From Eubacteriales bacterium (GTDB lineage: Bacteria > Bacillota > Clostridia > Oscillospirales > CAG-382): DNA of 42,995 bases. The stretch's first letter is position 1; each line of letters opens with the position of its first letter. Under the pieces are notes generated by a model. That model saw only the letters and a list, made by a program, of their open reading frames with translations, ran no database searches and was not told the origin of the DNA. Location: assembly GCA_045532495.1 (NCBI GenBank), contig JAZSGA010000186.1, positions 1 through 42,995 of the forward strand, written 5' to 3'. The translations under genes and the position numbers were made by a program. This document shows, piece after piece, positions 1 to 9,610 of the stretch.

Positions 1-362
1 AAAAAGTAACCAAAAAAGAACCTTGCTTTTTACGAAGTTCATGCGGTAAAGCTTTCCTTTAAGGCGCACGCTGGCATAACGCCTTTTTACGGCAGATTTA
101 CATGTGCCTTTTCCGCAACTGCGTGCGGATTTATTGTACCAACCTTTTACCGATATCAAAAAATGTGTTGGGGTATAAACGGCAACCGATATGAAGTGAG
201 GAGCCTACTTGCCTTCCTTGCGGAAAAACTGCGTATTTTCCAAAAACGGTGTATTTTTCCGTTGGGTAGCCTCGGGTTATATGATTTATGAACACATGTC
301 AAAGCCGTGCCGTTTTTTTGCACAATTATAAACTCTGCACTCTTTAAGTTTACAGTTTGTCA

Positions 363-391
363 TTGAAATCTGCCGCATTTGGTAATATAAT
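363..391 (+). promoter_or_regulatory. sigma-A promoter of the PBP2 operon
   Basis: TTGAAA (363-368), 17-nt spacer, TATAAT (386-391). Confidence 0.7.
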
Positions 392-428
392 TATAATCGG
401 AATAATACAACGAAAGGCGGTATACATC

Positions 429-2492
429 ATAAAACTCCGCAGCTTTGGTGAATCACGCACATCTGCCGTGCGTATAATACTTATACTGATAATATTTTTA
501 TTTGCCATAATTGCCTTTGTTACAAGGCTTTTGACATTGCAGATAACAAAAACCGATTATTACAAGGAACTTGCCGCGCCCAAAAACGAAAAAACCATAT
601 ATATACAAACCTCCCGTGGGGAAATTACCGACCGCAACGGCGAAAAGCTGGTTACAAACCGGGGCAAAAGCAACATTGTTTTAAATCGCTCTCTTTTGCC
701 TAAATCCACCGAAAACGAGGTGCTTTGCGAGCTTTTGCGCTTTTTTGATGCCAACGGCGTGCAAATACCCGATATAATGCCGGTTTCCGCAACAAAGCCT
801 TATATCTTTACCGAGCCTGCCGATGATGCGGGCAAACGCAAGTTGCGCACATTTTTGCGCAACACCCAGTTTACCGAAGAGGAAATTGCAGGCACCGGGC
901 TTTACGAAAAGTCATACAGCCGTTACAAGGCGGACACCATTGCGCAAAGCGTTTCCGAAGAGGAGCTGCGGCGTCTTATAGGCTTGCGCTATGCCATGGA
1001 AGCATCGGATTTTTCCCTTTCCGTGCCGTATACCGTACTTGCCGATGCGGATATAATAATCCTTTCAAAGCTTTCTGAGATCCTTCATACTTTGCCCGGT
1101 GTGGAAATTTCGGTTTCCACAAGCCGTTATTATCCCGGCGGAAGCCTGGCGGCACATCTGCTTGGACGTACCGGCCCCATTTATGCCGAGGAGGCAGAAA
1201 AATACAAAGCCATGGGTTATGCCATGGATGAAACCGTGGGCAAGGACGGTGCCGAGCTTGCATTTGAACAGTATCTGCGCGGCAAAAACGGCTACAAAAT
1301 TGTGGAATATACCGCCGACGGTGAGCAGATAATTTCCGAGGAATATTCCAAAAACAGTCCGCCCGAATACGGCAAAACCGTGCGCCTTACCATAAGCGCA
1401 GGCATGCAGCGGGCTGCCGAGCAGGCGCTTAAAACAACGGTGGATGCCATAAACATAGCCAATATACGCTCGGGCAACCCTGAACGTGCATCGGGTGCTG
1501 TGGTGGTTATGGATCCCGATACGGGTGCACTTTATGTTGAAGCAAGCTACCCGACCTATGATCAGAACACCTACCGCGACACCATTTCGGATATGCTTAC
1601 CGATAAACGCATGCCACTGCTCAACCGTGCGGTAAACGGTATTTATCCTCCCGGCTCCACCTTTAAAATAGCCACCGCCGCCGCCGCTCTTACAAACGGT
1701 GTCATAGACGAAAACACCAGGATCTATGACAGCGGTGTTTACGAAGAATACGAGGATTTCCAGCCCCATTGCTGGTATTACGACACCCATGGCGAAGGTC
1801 ATGGCTGGCAGAAAGTGGTGGACGCCATTTCCAACTCCTGCAACTATTACTTTTTTGAAGTGGGCAGGCTTTTGGGACTTGAAAACCTCAACAGCTACGC
1901 TTCAAAACTCGGTCTGGGACAAAAAACCGGCATAGAAACGGGCGAGGAGCAAGGCATACTTGCCAGCGATCAATACCGTGCAAGTGTGGGTTTGCCCTGG
2001 AACCCCGGCGATCTTATACAGTCAGCCATCGGTCAGTCCGATAACAGCTTTACGCCCATTCAGCTTGCCACCTTCTTTTCCACCGTGGTAAACGGAGGCA
2101 CACGCTACAAGGCACATGTGCTTCACTCTGTGGTGGATTACGGCACGGGCGAAATATTAAAGCGCACCACGCCCGAGGTGGTGGATACCGTACAAATTAC
2201 CGAACATCACCTTGATTTGCTAAAACGCGGCATGAGATCCGTTGTGGAGGACGGTACCGCCGCTTCGGTGTTTGTAAATTATCCGCATCCTGTGGGCGGC
2301 AAAACAGGTACCGCCCAGCGAGGAAGTGCAGGCGGCGACAATGCCGTTTTTGCAGGCTTTGCGCCCTATGACGATCCCGAAGTTGTAGTTGCCGTGGTTA
2401 TTGAAGCAGGTATCCACAGCTACACCGCTTCCACCGTGGCAAAAAGCGTTTTTGACTATTATTTTGAAAATACCCATGAATTTGTGGAGTGA
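429..2492 (+). CDS. mrdA: Class B penicillin-binding protein (PBP2/MrdA-type transpeptidase); start uncertain, probably ATA at 429
   Basis: N-terminal TM helix, dimerisation-domain motif RGEITDRNG, transpeptidase motifs STFK, SCN and KTG. The ORF-track TTG at 357 lies upstream of the promoter. Confidence 0.85.
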   Translation: MKLRSFGESRTSAVRIILILIIFLFAIIAFVTRLLTLQITKTDYYKELAAPKNEKTIYIQTSRGEITDRNGEKLVTNRGKSNIVLNRSLLPKSTENEVLCELLRFFDANGVQIPDIMPVSATKPYIFTEPADDAGKRKLRTFLRNTQFTEEEIAGTGLYEKSYSRYKADTIAQSVSEEELRRLIGLRYAMEASDFSLSVPYTVLADADIIILSKLSEILHTLPGVEISVSTSRYYPGGSLAAHLLGRTGPIYAEEAEKYKAMGYAMDETVGKDGAELAFEQYLRGKNGYKIVEYTADGEQIISEEYSKNSPPEYGKTVRLTISAGMQRAAEQALKTTVDAINIANIRSGNPERASGAVVVMDPDTGALYVEASYPTYDQNTYRDTISDMLTDKRMPLLNRAVNGIYPPGSTFKIATAAAALTNGVIDENTRIYDSGVYEEYEDFQPHCWYYDTHGEGHGWQKVVDAISNSCNYYFFEVGRLLGLENLNSYASKLGLGQKTGIETGEEQGILASDQYRASVGLPWNPGDLIQSAIGQSDNSFTPIQLATFFSTVVNGGTRYKAHVLHSVVDYGTGEILKRTTPEVVDTVQITEHHLDLLKRGMRSVVEDGTAASVFVNYPHPVGGKTGTAQRGSAGGDNAVFAGFAPYDDPEVVVAVVIEAGIHSYTASTVAKSVFDYYFENTHEFVE

Positions 2493-2498
2493 CATGCG

Positions 2499-3680
2499 AT
2501 GAATATTAACCCCGAACAATCAGATTTTGATACCGGCACCGATAATGTGCAGGACAACGGCTATAACGGAACTTTAAAATCTTTGTTAAAGTACACATCG
2601 GTAAAAATTGCTGCAATTTTTGCCCTTATCACTTTGCCCATACCCGTAATATCGCTGTTCTGGTCAGGCTTTGCCGAAGCCTACAGCCGCGGAGTGGGCG
2701 GGTTTTTCCGCATGGTACTGGCAAAAATAACGGGAATCCTGCCTTTTTCGCTGGCGGAGATTATTGTGGTTTTTGGTACATGCTACGTTGTGGCAGGGAT
2801 TTGCTACGGCATTGTACAGATATTCCGCAAAAACGAGTATATTTCCGATTTTGAAATAAATTTTAACCGCCGTGTTGCCTGCGCCGTGCTGGCGGCTTTG
2901 GCATTATACAACCTTGGCTTTGCATCCTGCAACCGCAGGTATCCCCTGGAAAAAAATCTGGGGCTTGAGCGTTCATCGCTTACGGCAGAGCAGCTTTACG
3001 ACTGTATGGTTATTGTAAACCGTGAGCTTGAAAAGTGCTTTGATGAAGGGGATATCCGCTATACCCCCGACGGTGCATCCTGCATGCCCTACGATTACAC
3101 CGAGCTCAACAAAAAGCTGAACGGAGCCTTTGCGGAATTTTCACAAAGCCACAGGTACATTAACGGCTTTTCCTCCGTGGCAAAAAGGCTTGCTTTATCA
3201 AAATACCTCACCTATACCCATATTTCGGGCATTTATATCCCCTACACGGGTGAGGTAAACATAAACACCAACTATCCCGATTATGTTGTAACCTTTACCC
3301 ATGCGCATGAAATGGCTCATCAGCGTGGCATTGCCCGTGAGGACGAGGCAAACTTTGTTGCCTTTATGCTGCTTTACGAAAACGGCGACAATTACATGCG
3401 TTACAGCGCACTTACCGAGCTTTTCAGCTATCTTTCCGATGCGCTGTATTCGGCAAGCCCTGAACTGTTTTCGCAGGTATTGCTTGACACAGACCCACGC
3501 ACCATTGACGAAATGATCGCCTTTGAAGAATTCTTTACCCCCTATGCCGATTCGGTAGCATCCGATGTTATGGGGGCGGTAAACGATACATCCATAAAAC
3601 TGCGCGGCGATGCCGACGGGGCAAAAAGCTACAACATGATGGTGGAGCTTGCCGCCGCATATTTTGGAGTTACAGACTGA
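2499..3680 (+). CDS. DUF3810-like membrane-anchored putative zinc metallopeptidase
   Basis: N-terminal TM segments, GIYIPYTGEVNIN, and HEMAHQRGIAREDEANF (HExxH plus downstream E). Confidence 0.75.
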   Translation: MNINPEQSDFDTGTDNVQDNGYNGTLKSLLKYTSVKIAAIFALITLPIPVISLFWSGFAEAYSRGVGGFFRMVLAKITGILPFSLAEIIVVFGTCYVVAGICYGIVQIFRKNEYISDFEINFNRRVACAVLAALALYNLGFASCNRRYPLEKNLGLERSSLTAEQLYDCMVIVNRELEKCFDEGDIRYTPDGASCMPYDYTELNKKLNGAFAEFSQSHRYINGFSSVAKRLALSKYLTYTHISGIYIPYTGEVNINTNYPDYVVTFTHAHEMAHQRGIAREDEANFVAFMLLYENGDNYMRYSALTELFSYLSDALYSASPELFSQVLLDTDPRTIDEMIAFEEFFTPYADSVASDVMGAVNDTSIKLRGDADGAKSYNMMVELAAAYFGVTD

Positions 3681-3681
3681 T

Positions 3682-4461
3682 ATGAAAAGTTTTGATAAAA
3701 GCAGGCTTCCCCGTGCTGTTTCGGATAAAATAACCGGAAGCTGTGTGCCCGAAGCCATAGGCAGAAGCGGCGACGATGTGCTGGTTTTTGAAAATTCGGT
3801 GCTTAAAATATCGGATTCCGCAGGGCTTTGCCGCGAACATGCCGCCATGAGCTTTCTTTACGGCAGGCTGAATGTGCCCCAACCCCTTGCTTTTGAAAAG
3901 CATGAGGGCAAATATTATCTGCTCATGTCAAAAATGGACGGTACCATGGTTTGTTATCTGGATTGCGATAACCGCACAAAGGCAAGGCTTTTGGCGCAGG
4001 CGGCAAGGCAGGTTTTGCAGGTATGCTGCAACGGACTGCCGGATGTGCTTTGCGATGCGGAGCAGTATGATCTTGATGCGGCAAAACGCAACATCGAGCA
4101 GGGCAAAGTGCCGTCCCACGGAGTTGGCGGTTTTTGCAGCACCTGCGGACTTTACGAGTATCTTTGCTCGGTAAAGCCTGCACCGCAGTATTTTACCCAC
4201 GGAGATTTTTGTTTGCCCAACATACTTTACGACGGCAAAAGCGTGGGCTTTATAGATCTCGGCGGAGCGGGAGCGGGCGGCAAATGGCGCGATATTGCCA
4301 TGTGCATATGGTCCATGCGCTACAATTTTGAGGGGCAGGAGCTTTGCGGTTTTGCCCTTTCCGATATGCGTGATTACGAAAGAGAATTCTTTTACACCCT
4401 GCAGCTTGAGCCCGATGAGCAGAGCATCAATTATTATCTGCTGCTGGCACAGCTGTTTTAA
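3682..4461 (+). CDS. APH(3')-family aminoglycoside phosphotransferase-like kinase
   Basis: GRSGDDV, VLKI, HGDFCLPN, FIDLG, WRDIA and C-terminal YYLLLAQLF; ATG at 3682 just after the upstream stop. Confidence 0.75.
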   Translation: MKSFDKSRLPRAVSDKITGSCVPEAIGRSGDDVLVFENSVLKISDSAGLCREHAAMSFLYGRLNVPQPLAFEKHEGKYYLLMSKMDGTMVCYLDCDNRTKARLLAQAARQVLQVCCNGLPDVLCDAEQYDLDAAKRNIEQGKVPSHGVGGFCSTCGLYEYLCSVKPAPQYFTHGDFCLPNILYDGKSVGFIDLGGAGAGGKWRDIAMCIWSMRYNFEGQELCGFALSDMRDYEREFFYTLQLEPDEQSINYYLLLAQLF

Positions 4462-4472
4462 AGGAGATAAAA

Positions 4473-5282
4473 ATGTACCCACAGTATAAATGCCCCGTAT
4501 GCGGCGAGATTCTTGAGCTTTGCGAAAAAAGCTTTACATGCCGCAATTCCCACAATTTTGATATGGCAAAAGAGGGCTATGTAAATTTTGCTCTGGGCAA
4601 GCATGACAGCGGCGACAGTGCCGAAATGTGTGCCAGCCGACGCAGTTTTCTCGGCAAGGGGTATTATGCCCCCTTTGCAAAACTTATCTGCGATACCGTT
4701 GAAAAATATGCGCCCCATACCGCTTGCCTTGTGGATGCAGGTTGCGGCGAGGGATATTATCTGAGATGCCTGCGTGAGCGTTTTGGGGAAGCGCACCTAT
4801 ACGGCATTGACCTTGCCAAAAACGCCGTAAAGCTTGCGGCAAAAAGCGAAAAACAGGTACAGGGTTTAAAAAATATGTACAGCGTTTGCGGCATATTTTC
4901 GCTGCCCTTTGCCGACAGCTTTGCAAATGCGGTAATATCGGTTTTTGCCCCCGTGGGTGATGCTGAAAATTTAAGGGTTTTAAAGCCGGGAGGCTTTATG
5001 TTTGTGGCAGGCCCGGGAAAACGCCACCTTTCGGGACTCAAAAGCGCATTGTACGATGTGCCCTATGATAACGAAGAAAAGCAGAAAAGCTACAACGGTT
5101 TTACATATGTGGGCAAGGAAACCGTAAGCTACACCGCAAAAATTGACGGTGCCGACATTTCTGACCTTTTTACCATGACACCCTATTACTGGAAAACAAA
5201 AAGGGAAGACAGCGCAAAGCTTGCCGCTTTGCCTGAGCTTGAAACCCAACTTGAATTTGAAATAAACGTTTATAAAAAATAA
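4473..5282 (+). CDS. rlmA: RlmA-family 23S rRNA m1G745/748 methyltransferase
   Basis: N-terminal zinc finger CPVC...C..SH, FDMAKEGYVN, SAM motif DAGCGEGYY, MTPYYW; RBS AAGGAG. Confidence 0.8.
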   Translation: MYPQYKCPVCGEILELCEKSFTCRNSHNFDMAKEGYVNFALGKHDSGDSAEMCASRRSFLGKGYYAPFAKLICDTVEKYAPHTACLVDAGCGEGYYLRCLRERFGEAHLYGIDLAKNAVKLAAKSEKQVQGLKNMYSVCGIFSLPFADSFANAVISVFAPVGDAENLRVLKPGGFMFVAGPGKRHLSGLKSALYDVPYDNEEKQKSYNGFTYVGKETVSYTAKIDGADISDLFTMTPYYWKTKREDSAKLAALPELETQLEFEINVYKK

Positions 5283-5286
5283 AAAT

Positions 5287-5312
5287 CGGGACGATGTGGC
5301 ATCGTCCTCTAC
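5287..5312 (-). repeat. Single GTAG-type REP hairpin
   Basis: Reverse complement reads GTAGAGGACGATGCCACATCGTCCCG, nearly identical to the copy at 27872. Confidence 0.7.
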
Positions 5313-5362
5313 ATTGTGCAAAACGATTGAGGAATTTAGATTGCAAAGCGTTTAATATAGCA

Positions 5363-5390
5363 AAAAAGGACCGCATGCACCGTCCTTTTT
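5363..5390. terminator. Probable bidirectional intrinsic terminator between convergent rlmA and nfnB
   Basis: AAAAAGGAC...GTCCTTTTT inverted repeat. Confidence 0.6.
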
Positions 5391-5402
5391 AAGCAACAAA
5401 AT

Positions 5403-6818
5403 TTATTTGTTTTTAAGATACTCGTCTATTGCCGCAGCGGCATTTTTACCTGCACCCATGGCAAGTATAACCGTTGCCGCACCCGTTACCGCATCGCCGC
5501 CTGCATAAATGCCACAGCGGGAAGTAAGGCCTGTTTGCTCATCTGCAATAATACCGCCCCACTTTTGGGTTTCAAGCCCTTCGGTGGTGGATTTTATAAG
5601 GGGGTTGGGCGATGTACCAAGCGCCATTATAACGCAGTCCACCTCCAGGGTAAATTCCGAATCCGGCTTTACCACGGGGCGACGTCTGCCCGATTCATCC
5701 GGCTCGCCCAGCTCCATTTCCACACATTTCATGCCGCAAACCGTACCATTTTGGGGATCACGCTTATCATCGGGATTGTTGTAACCCAATATTTCCGTGG
5801 GATTGCACAGCGTTTTGAACACAATGCCTTCTTCGATGGCGTGTTCTATTTCCTCGTGCCTTGCAGGAAGCTCCTCCATGCCGCGGCGGTAAACAATATA
5901 AACCTCCGATCCAAGGCGCTTTGCACAGCGTGCCGCATCCATGGCAACATTTCCGCCGCCCACAACAGCCGTGCGCTTTGCGCGCATTACGGGGGTATCG
6001 CTTCCCTCGCGGTATGCCTTCATAAGATTTATACGGGTTAAAAATTCGTTGGCAGAGTAAACGCCGTTAAGGTTTTCTCCGGGGATATTCATAAATTTGG
6101 GCAGGCCTGCGCCCGTGCCGATAAACACGGCATCGTAGCCTTCATCAGCCATAAGCTCATCCACAGAAATCGTTTTGCCCACCACGGTGTTGGTGCGGAA
6201 TTCCACACCCAAAGCGGCAAGGCCGTCTATTTCCTTTTGCACAATGCTTTTTGGCAAACGGAATTCGGGTATGCCGTAAACCAGCACACCGCCGGCAAGG
6301 TGCAGAGCTTCAAAAACCGTTACACCGTAGCCCAGCTTTATAAGATCGCCTGCGCAGGCAAGACCTGCAGGACCGGAGCCTATAATTGCCACCTTTTTGC
6401 CGCAGGTTTGTATCTTTTTTGGAGTTTCGCTGCTGTGGGCGTTGTGATAATCGGCAACAAAACGCTCAAGTCGGCCAATGGCAACGGGTTCGCCCTTTAT
6501 TCCGCGCACACATTTGCCCTCGCACTGGGTTTCCTGGGGGCATACTCTGCCGCACACGGCAGGCAGGGAAGAAGCCTGCGATATAATGCCGTAGGCCTGC
6601 TCAAATTCGCCCTTTGCCACACATTCAATAAAAGCAGGGATATGTATTTTTACGGGACAGCCTGCAATGCATGGCTTGTTTTTACAGTTAAGGCATCTTG
6701 CGGCTTCGTCCATCGCCTGCTCGGCGGTATAGCCCAGCGCCACCTCATCAAAATTCTTATTGCGTACCTCTGCCGGCTGTGCAGGCATGGGGTTCTTTTT
6801 AAGTGACATATTGGGCAT
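5403..6818 (-). CDS. nfnB: NfnB, large subunit of electron-bifurcating transhydrogenase (GltD/SudA-like flavo-Fe-S protein)
   Basis: CLNCKNKPCIAGCP and CGRVCPQETQCEGKC clusters, GSGPAG and GGGNVAMD Rossmann motifs; paired with NfnA and no gltB nearby. Confidence 0.85.
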   Translation of the reverse strand: MPNMSLKKNPMPAQPAEVRNKNFDEVALGYTAEQAMDEAARCLNCKNKPCIAGCPVKIHIPAFIECVAKGEFEQAYGIISQASSLPAVCGRVCPQETQCEGKCVRGIKGEPVAIGRLERFVADYHNAHSSETPKKIQTCGKKVAIIGSGPAGLACAGDLIKLGYGVTVFEALHLAGGVLVYGIPEFRLPKSIVQKEIDGLAALGVEFRTNTVVGKTISVDELMADEGYDAVFIGTGAGLPKFMNIPGENLNGVYSANEFLTRINLMKAYREGSDTPVMRAKRTAVVGGGNVAMDAARCAKRLGSEVYIVYRRGMEELPARHEEIEHAIEEGIVFKTLCNPTEILGYNNPDDKRDPQNGTVCGMKCVEMELGEPDESGRRRPVVKPDSEFTLEVDCVIMALGTSPNPLIKSTTEGLETQKWGGIIADEQTGLTSRCGIYAGGDAVTGAATVILAMGAGKNAAAAIDEYLKNK

Positions 6819-7664
6819 TTACTTTTCCTCCGCTGCTTTGAAAAGATTGCAGGTTTCTTCGTATTTGTGACGTTCAAAATCACGGTACATGCCCGATCGC
6901 TGCATGGCTTCGTCAAAATCTATTTCGTGACCGTCAAATTCAGGACCGTCAACACAGGCAAAAACGGTTTTTCCGCCCACGGTAAGTCGGCAGCCGCCGC
7001 ACATGCCCGTGCCGTCTATCATAACCGGGTTCATGGATGCCACGGTTTTTATGCCGTATTCCTTTGTAAGGGCACAAACGAATTTCATCATAATAAGGGG
7101 ACCTATGGTTATTACCTCGTCGTATTGCTCGCCGGATTCTATAAGGGCACGCAACGCATCGGTAACAAGACCTTTTTCGCCCCAGCTTCCGTCATCGCTC
7201 ATTTTTTTGACAAGAGTGCTTGCCGCATCAAATTCTTCTTCAAGAATAACAAGCTCCTTGCTGCGGAACCCTATGACAGAATGTACCGTACAGCCCAGGC
7301 TGTGCAGTTTTTTTGCCACGGGCAAAGCAATGGCGCATCCCACGCCGCCGCCAACAACGGCAACCTTTTTAAGTCCTTCGGTGTGGGTGGCACGTCCCAG
7401 CGGACCTACAAAATCGCAAAGGGCATCGCCCACGTTTACGCTGTCAAGCTTTTTTGTGGTGGCGCCCACTATCTGAAAAATAATTGTTACCGAGCCTTTT
7501 TCTGCATCGTAATCGGCAATGGTAAGGGGAATACGTTCACCGTTTTCATCGGTGCGCAGAATTATAAACTGTCCGGGCTGTGCCTTTTTTGCCACAGCAG
7601 GGGCATAAATTTCCATCAGAGTTACTGTGGGATTTAGGGATTGTTTTTTTAAAACGGTATACAT
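6819..7664 (-). CDS. nfnA: NfnA, small FAD/NAD/[2Fe-2S] subunit (PyrK/SudB-like)
   Basis: GERIPLTIAD, GGGVG and MIDGTGMCGGCR...CVDGPEFDGH. Confidence 0.85.
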   Translation of the reverse strand: MYTVLKKQSLNPTVTLMEIYAPAVAKKAQPGQFIILRTDENGERIPLTIADYDAEKGSVTIIFQIVGATTKKLDSVNVGDALCDFVGPLGRATHTEGLKKVAVVGGGVGCAIALPVAKKLHSLGCTVHSVIGFRSKELVILEEEFDAASTLVKKMSDDGSWGEKGLVTDALRALIESGEQYDEVITIGPLIMMKFVCALTKEYGIKTVASMNPVMIDGTGMCGGCRLTVGGKTVFACVDGPEFDGHEIDFDEAMQRSGMYRDFERHKYEETCNLFKAAEEK

Positions 7665-7708
7665 TTAACAAAACTTCCTTTTGGCAATTGAAAATAATAT
7701 ACAAAATA

Positions 7709-7750
7709 TTGTAACACAATTTGTGCAAAAAAACAATAGCTTTGCACAAA
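7709..7750 (-). promoter_or_regulatory. nfnAB promoter with overlapping inverted repeat
   Basis: Minus strand TTGTTT-N17-TACAAT with TG extended -10; TTTGTGCAAA-N11-TTTGCACAAA at 7720-7750. Confidence 0.5.
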
Positions 7751-7781
7751 AAAGTATAACTTTTTTAATGGCAAAAAGCCG

Positions 7782-8921
7782 TCAGTTGCGGCAAAAAGAG
7801 CTAAAAAGCTGTTGCGCCGCCAACTGTTTTTCAAATATCAACCGCTGATCCTGCGGCAGTTTTTTAATATCGGCAAGGCGTGACATGACAAAAAGAGTGC
7901 TGTCACTTTTTTTGATGCTTTTAAGCATGGCGGCGCCGTTTTGAGAATACGCCAGCAAAAATGCGCTTTGCGGCAATGCAGCAAGCTCATCGGCGCAGGT
8001 GTGGGTAATAAGATACATTAGCATGCGGCGAAGCTTTGCGTTGGTCATGTGGCGGGATTTAAGCTTTTCGAAAAAGCTTTCAAAATCTCCACATTCCTTT
8101 GCCGCCGATACAAGCTTTGGTACGTAATCGTGGGGAATTTCGGCGGTTTTTGCAAGGTTTTCGGGGGAATCAAACATCAGCCTTTGGCGCAAAGCGGCAT
8201 AAAACAGCACGTAATCCACCTGCGCAGGCGGTGTTTTTTGCATATATTCCGCAGTATATGGCGGACAGAATTTTATGAGATTTTCAGGAGTGGGGTTTTT
8301 GCGCAAATAGCTTGCGCTGCAGAAATTTCCGCAGGGGCTTCCGCTGTGGGGTGCGGTGCGCGGGATAACGGTTATATCCAGCTTTGAATTCTGTGCAAGA
8401 ATGGCTTTGGCATATTCCACTCCCAAAAGGGTGTTGGGCATGCTTAAAAGGTCGGCATATTTATCGCCGTAGGTATCACGCACATATTGCTCACGCAGGG
8501 CGGCAAAGCCTTGCTCCTTGCAGTTTTTAACGGCTTTGTTTATGCCGTCACGGCAGGCTTTTTCAAGCAGAATATGAGCTGTATCAAAAAAATCACGGGC
8601 ACAAAGGCCTTGGGTTTCCACACCAAAGGCAATGTTTTGGCATATACCCGATCCGTTGATTATTGAAATTGCGGCGGCGGCATATTTTTCTGCCGTGGCG
8701 CAGGAAAAGGGGTACGGTATTTCCGCAACCACATCCGCTCCGCCCTTTATTGCCCACTCCGCGCGGACAGCTCCCTTGTAGGCGGCAAGGCTTCCGCGCT
8801 GAACAAAATCTCCGCTCATGGCGCAAAAAATGTCGCTTCCGCAAAGTGCCCTTGCCTGCCCAAGCAGATACAGGTGACCGTTATGAAAGGGGTTGAACTC
8901 ACATACTATTCCTGTTGCCAT
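7782..8921 (-). CDS. tmcAL: tRNA(Met) cytidine acetate ligase (YlbM/TmcAL nucleotidyltransferase)
   Basis: GIVCEFNPFHNGH, MSGDFVQRG, PNTLLGVEY, SASYLR. Confidence 0.85.
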   Translation of the reverse strand: MATGIVCEFNPFHNGHLYLLGQARALCGSDIFCAMSGDFVQRGSLAAYKGAVRAEWAIKGGADVVAEIPYPFSCATAEKYAAAAISIINGSGICQNIAFGVETQGLCARDFFDTAHILLEKACRDGINKAVKNCKEQGFAALREQYVRDTYGDKYADLLSMPNTLLGVEYAKAILAQNSKLDITVIPRTAPHSGSPCGNFCSASYLRKNPTPENLIKFCPPYTAEYMQKTPPAQVDYVLFYAALRQRLMFDSPENLAKTAEIPHDYVPKLVSAAKECGDFESFFEKLKSRHMTNAKLRRMLMYLITHTCADELAALPQSAFLLAYSQNGAAMLKSIKKSDSTLFVMSRLADIKKLPQDQRLIFEKQLAAQQLFSSFCRN

Positions 8922-8923
8922 GC

Positions 8924-9583
8924 TTATTTACCGTAATACATATCAAAATAAGTGTCCTCGTCCACAAGGGTGTAATCCCCGGGAATCTTAAGCCAGCCAT
9001 CGGGAATACTGCGTGAAAACTCCGCCACATCACGCTCCACGGACGATGTGTCATCGTAATCCACAATGGCAACAAGAGCGCCATCGGCATCGGTAAAGAA
9101 CTTTACGCCGCAACGGGTGCCGTCATAGGTGGTGCAGGAAAAATCCTCGTAAAAGCAGTTTTCGGCAATGGCAATGTCCTCGTTGCCCGAACCCTTGAAT
9201 TTTGCGGTGGAGTAGTTTATAACACTGCGCAGGCCGTCATCAACGCCTGCATACGAAAGGAAGTAGACTTTGTGCTTATCGTCGATAAAATATGTTTTTC
9301 CATCCTTTGATAAGGTGTGGGAAACGCTTCCACCGTAGTTTGAGCGGCTTTCTATAACTCCGTCTGCCATGGCAATGGTGTTGTATATTATCATGCCGTC
9401 GACAAACAGCGAAACATCAAGATAATAATGCTCGTTGGCAAATCCTTCAAGATATTCGGCGCAGGCGTAATCCTCCATCACCACATAGGTGGTGTCCCTG
9501 AAATCCTCGGGTTTACTGCAGCCGCAGGCGGTTATGGCAAATGCCACCATCAGCGCCCACACTTTTTTTGCGCAATTTTTCAT
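8924..9583 (-). CDS. Putative lipoprotein, function unknown
   Basis: Basic N-terminus, hydrophobic stretch and lipobox-like ITACGC; RBS AAGGAGG. Confidence 0.65.
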   Translation of the reverse strand: MKNCAKKVWALMVAFAITACGCSKPEDFRDTTYVVMEDYACAEYLEGFANEHYYLDVSLFVDGMIIYNTIAMADGVIESRSNYGGSVSHTLSKDGKTYFIDDKHKVYFLSYAGVDDGLRSVINYSTAKFKGSGNEDIAIAENCFYEDFSCTTYDGTRCGVKFFTDADGALVAIVDYDDTSSVERDVAEFSRSIPDGWLKIPGDYTLVDEDTYFDMYYGK

Positions 9584-9610
9584 GGATAAACCTCCTTTTT
9601 GGGACTTTTA

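Noticed and set aside
1-350. Possible gene end or repeat at the left edge (AAAAAGTAACCAAAAAAG resembles AGAAAAAAGTAA near 21208)
   Set aside because: Truncated by the window, similarity is short and A-rich, and no convincing ORF is present.
357-428. ORF-track TTG start for PBP2
   Set aside because: No RBS, and it lies upstream of and across the predicted promoter.
5403-6818. Annotation as glutamate synthase small subunit (gltD/gltA)
   Set aside because: No large subunit is adjacent, and pairing with an NfnA-type gene indicates NfnAB.
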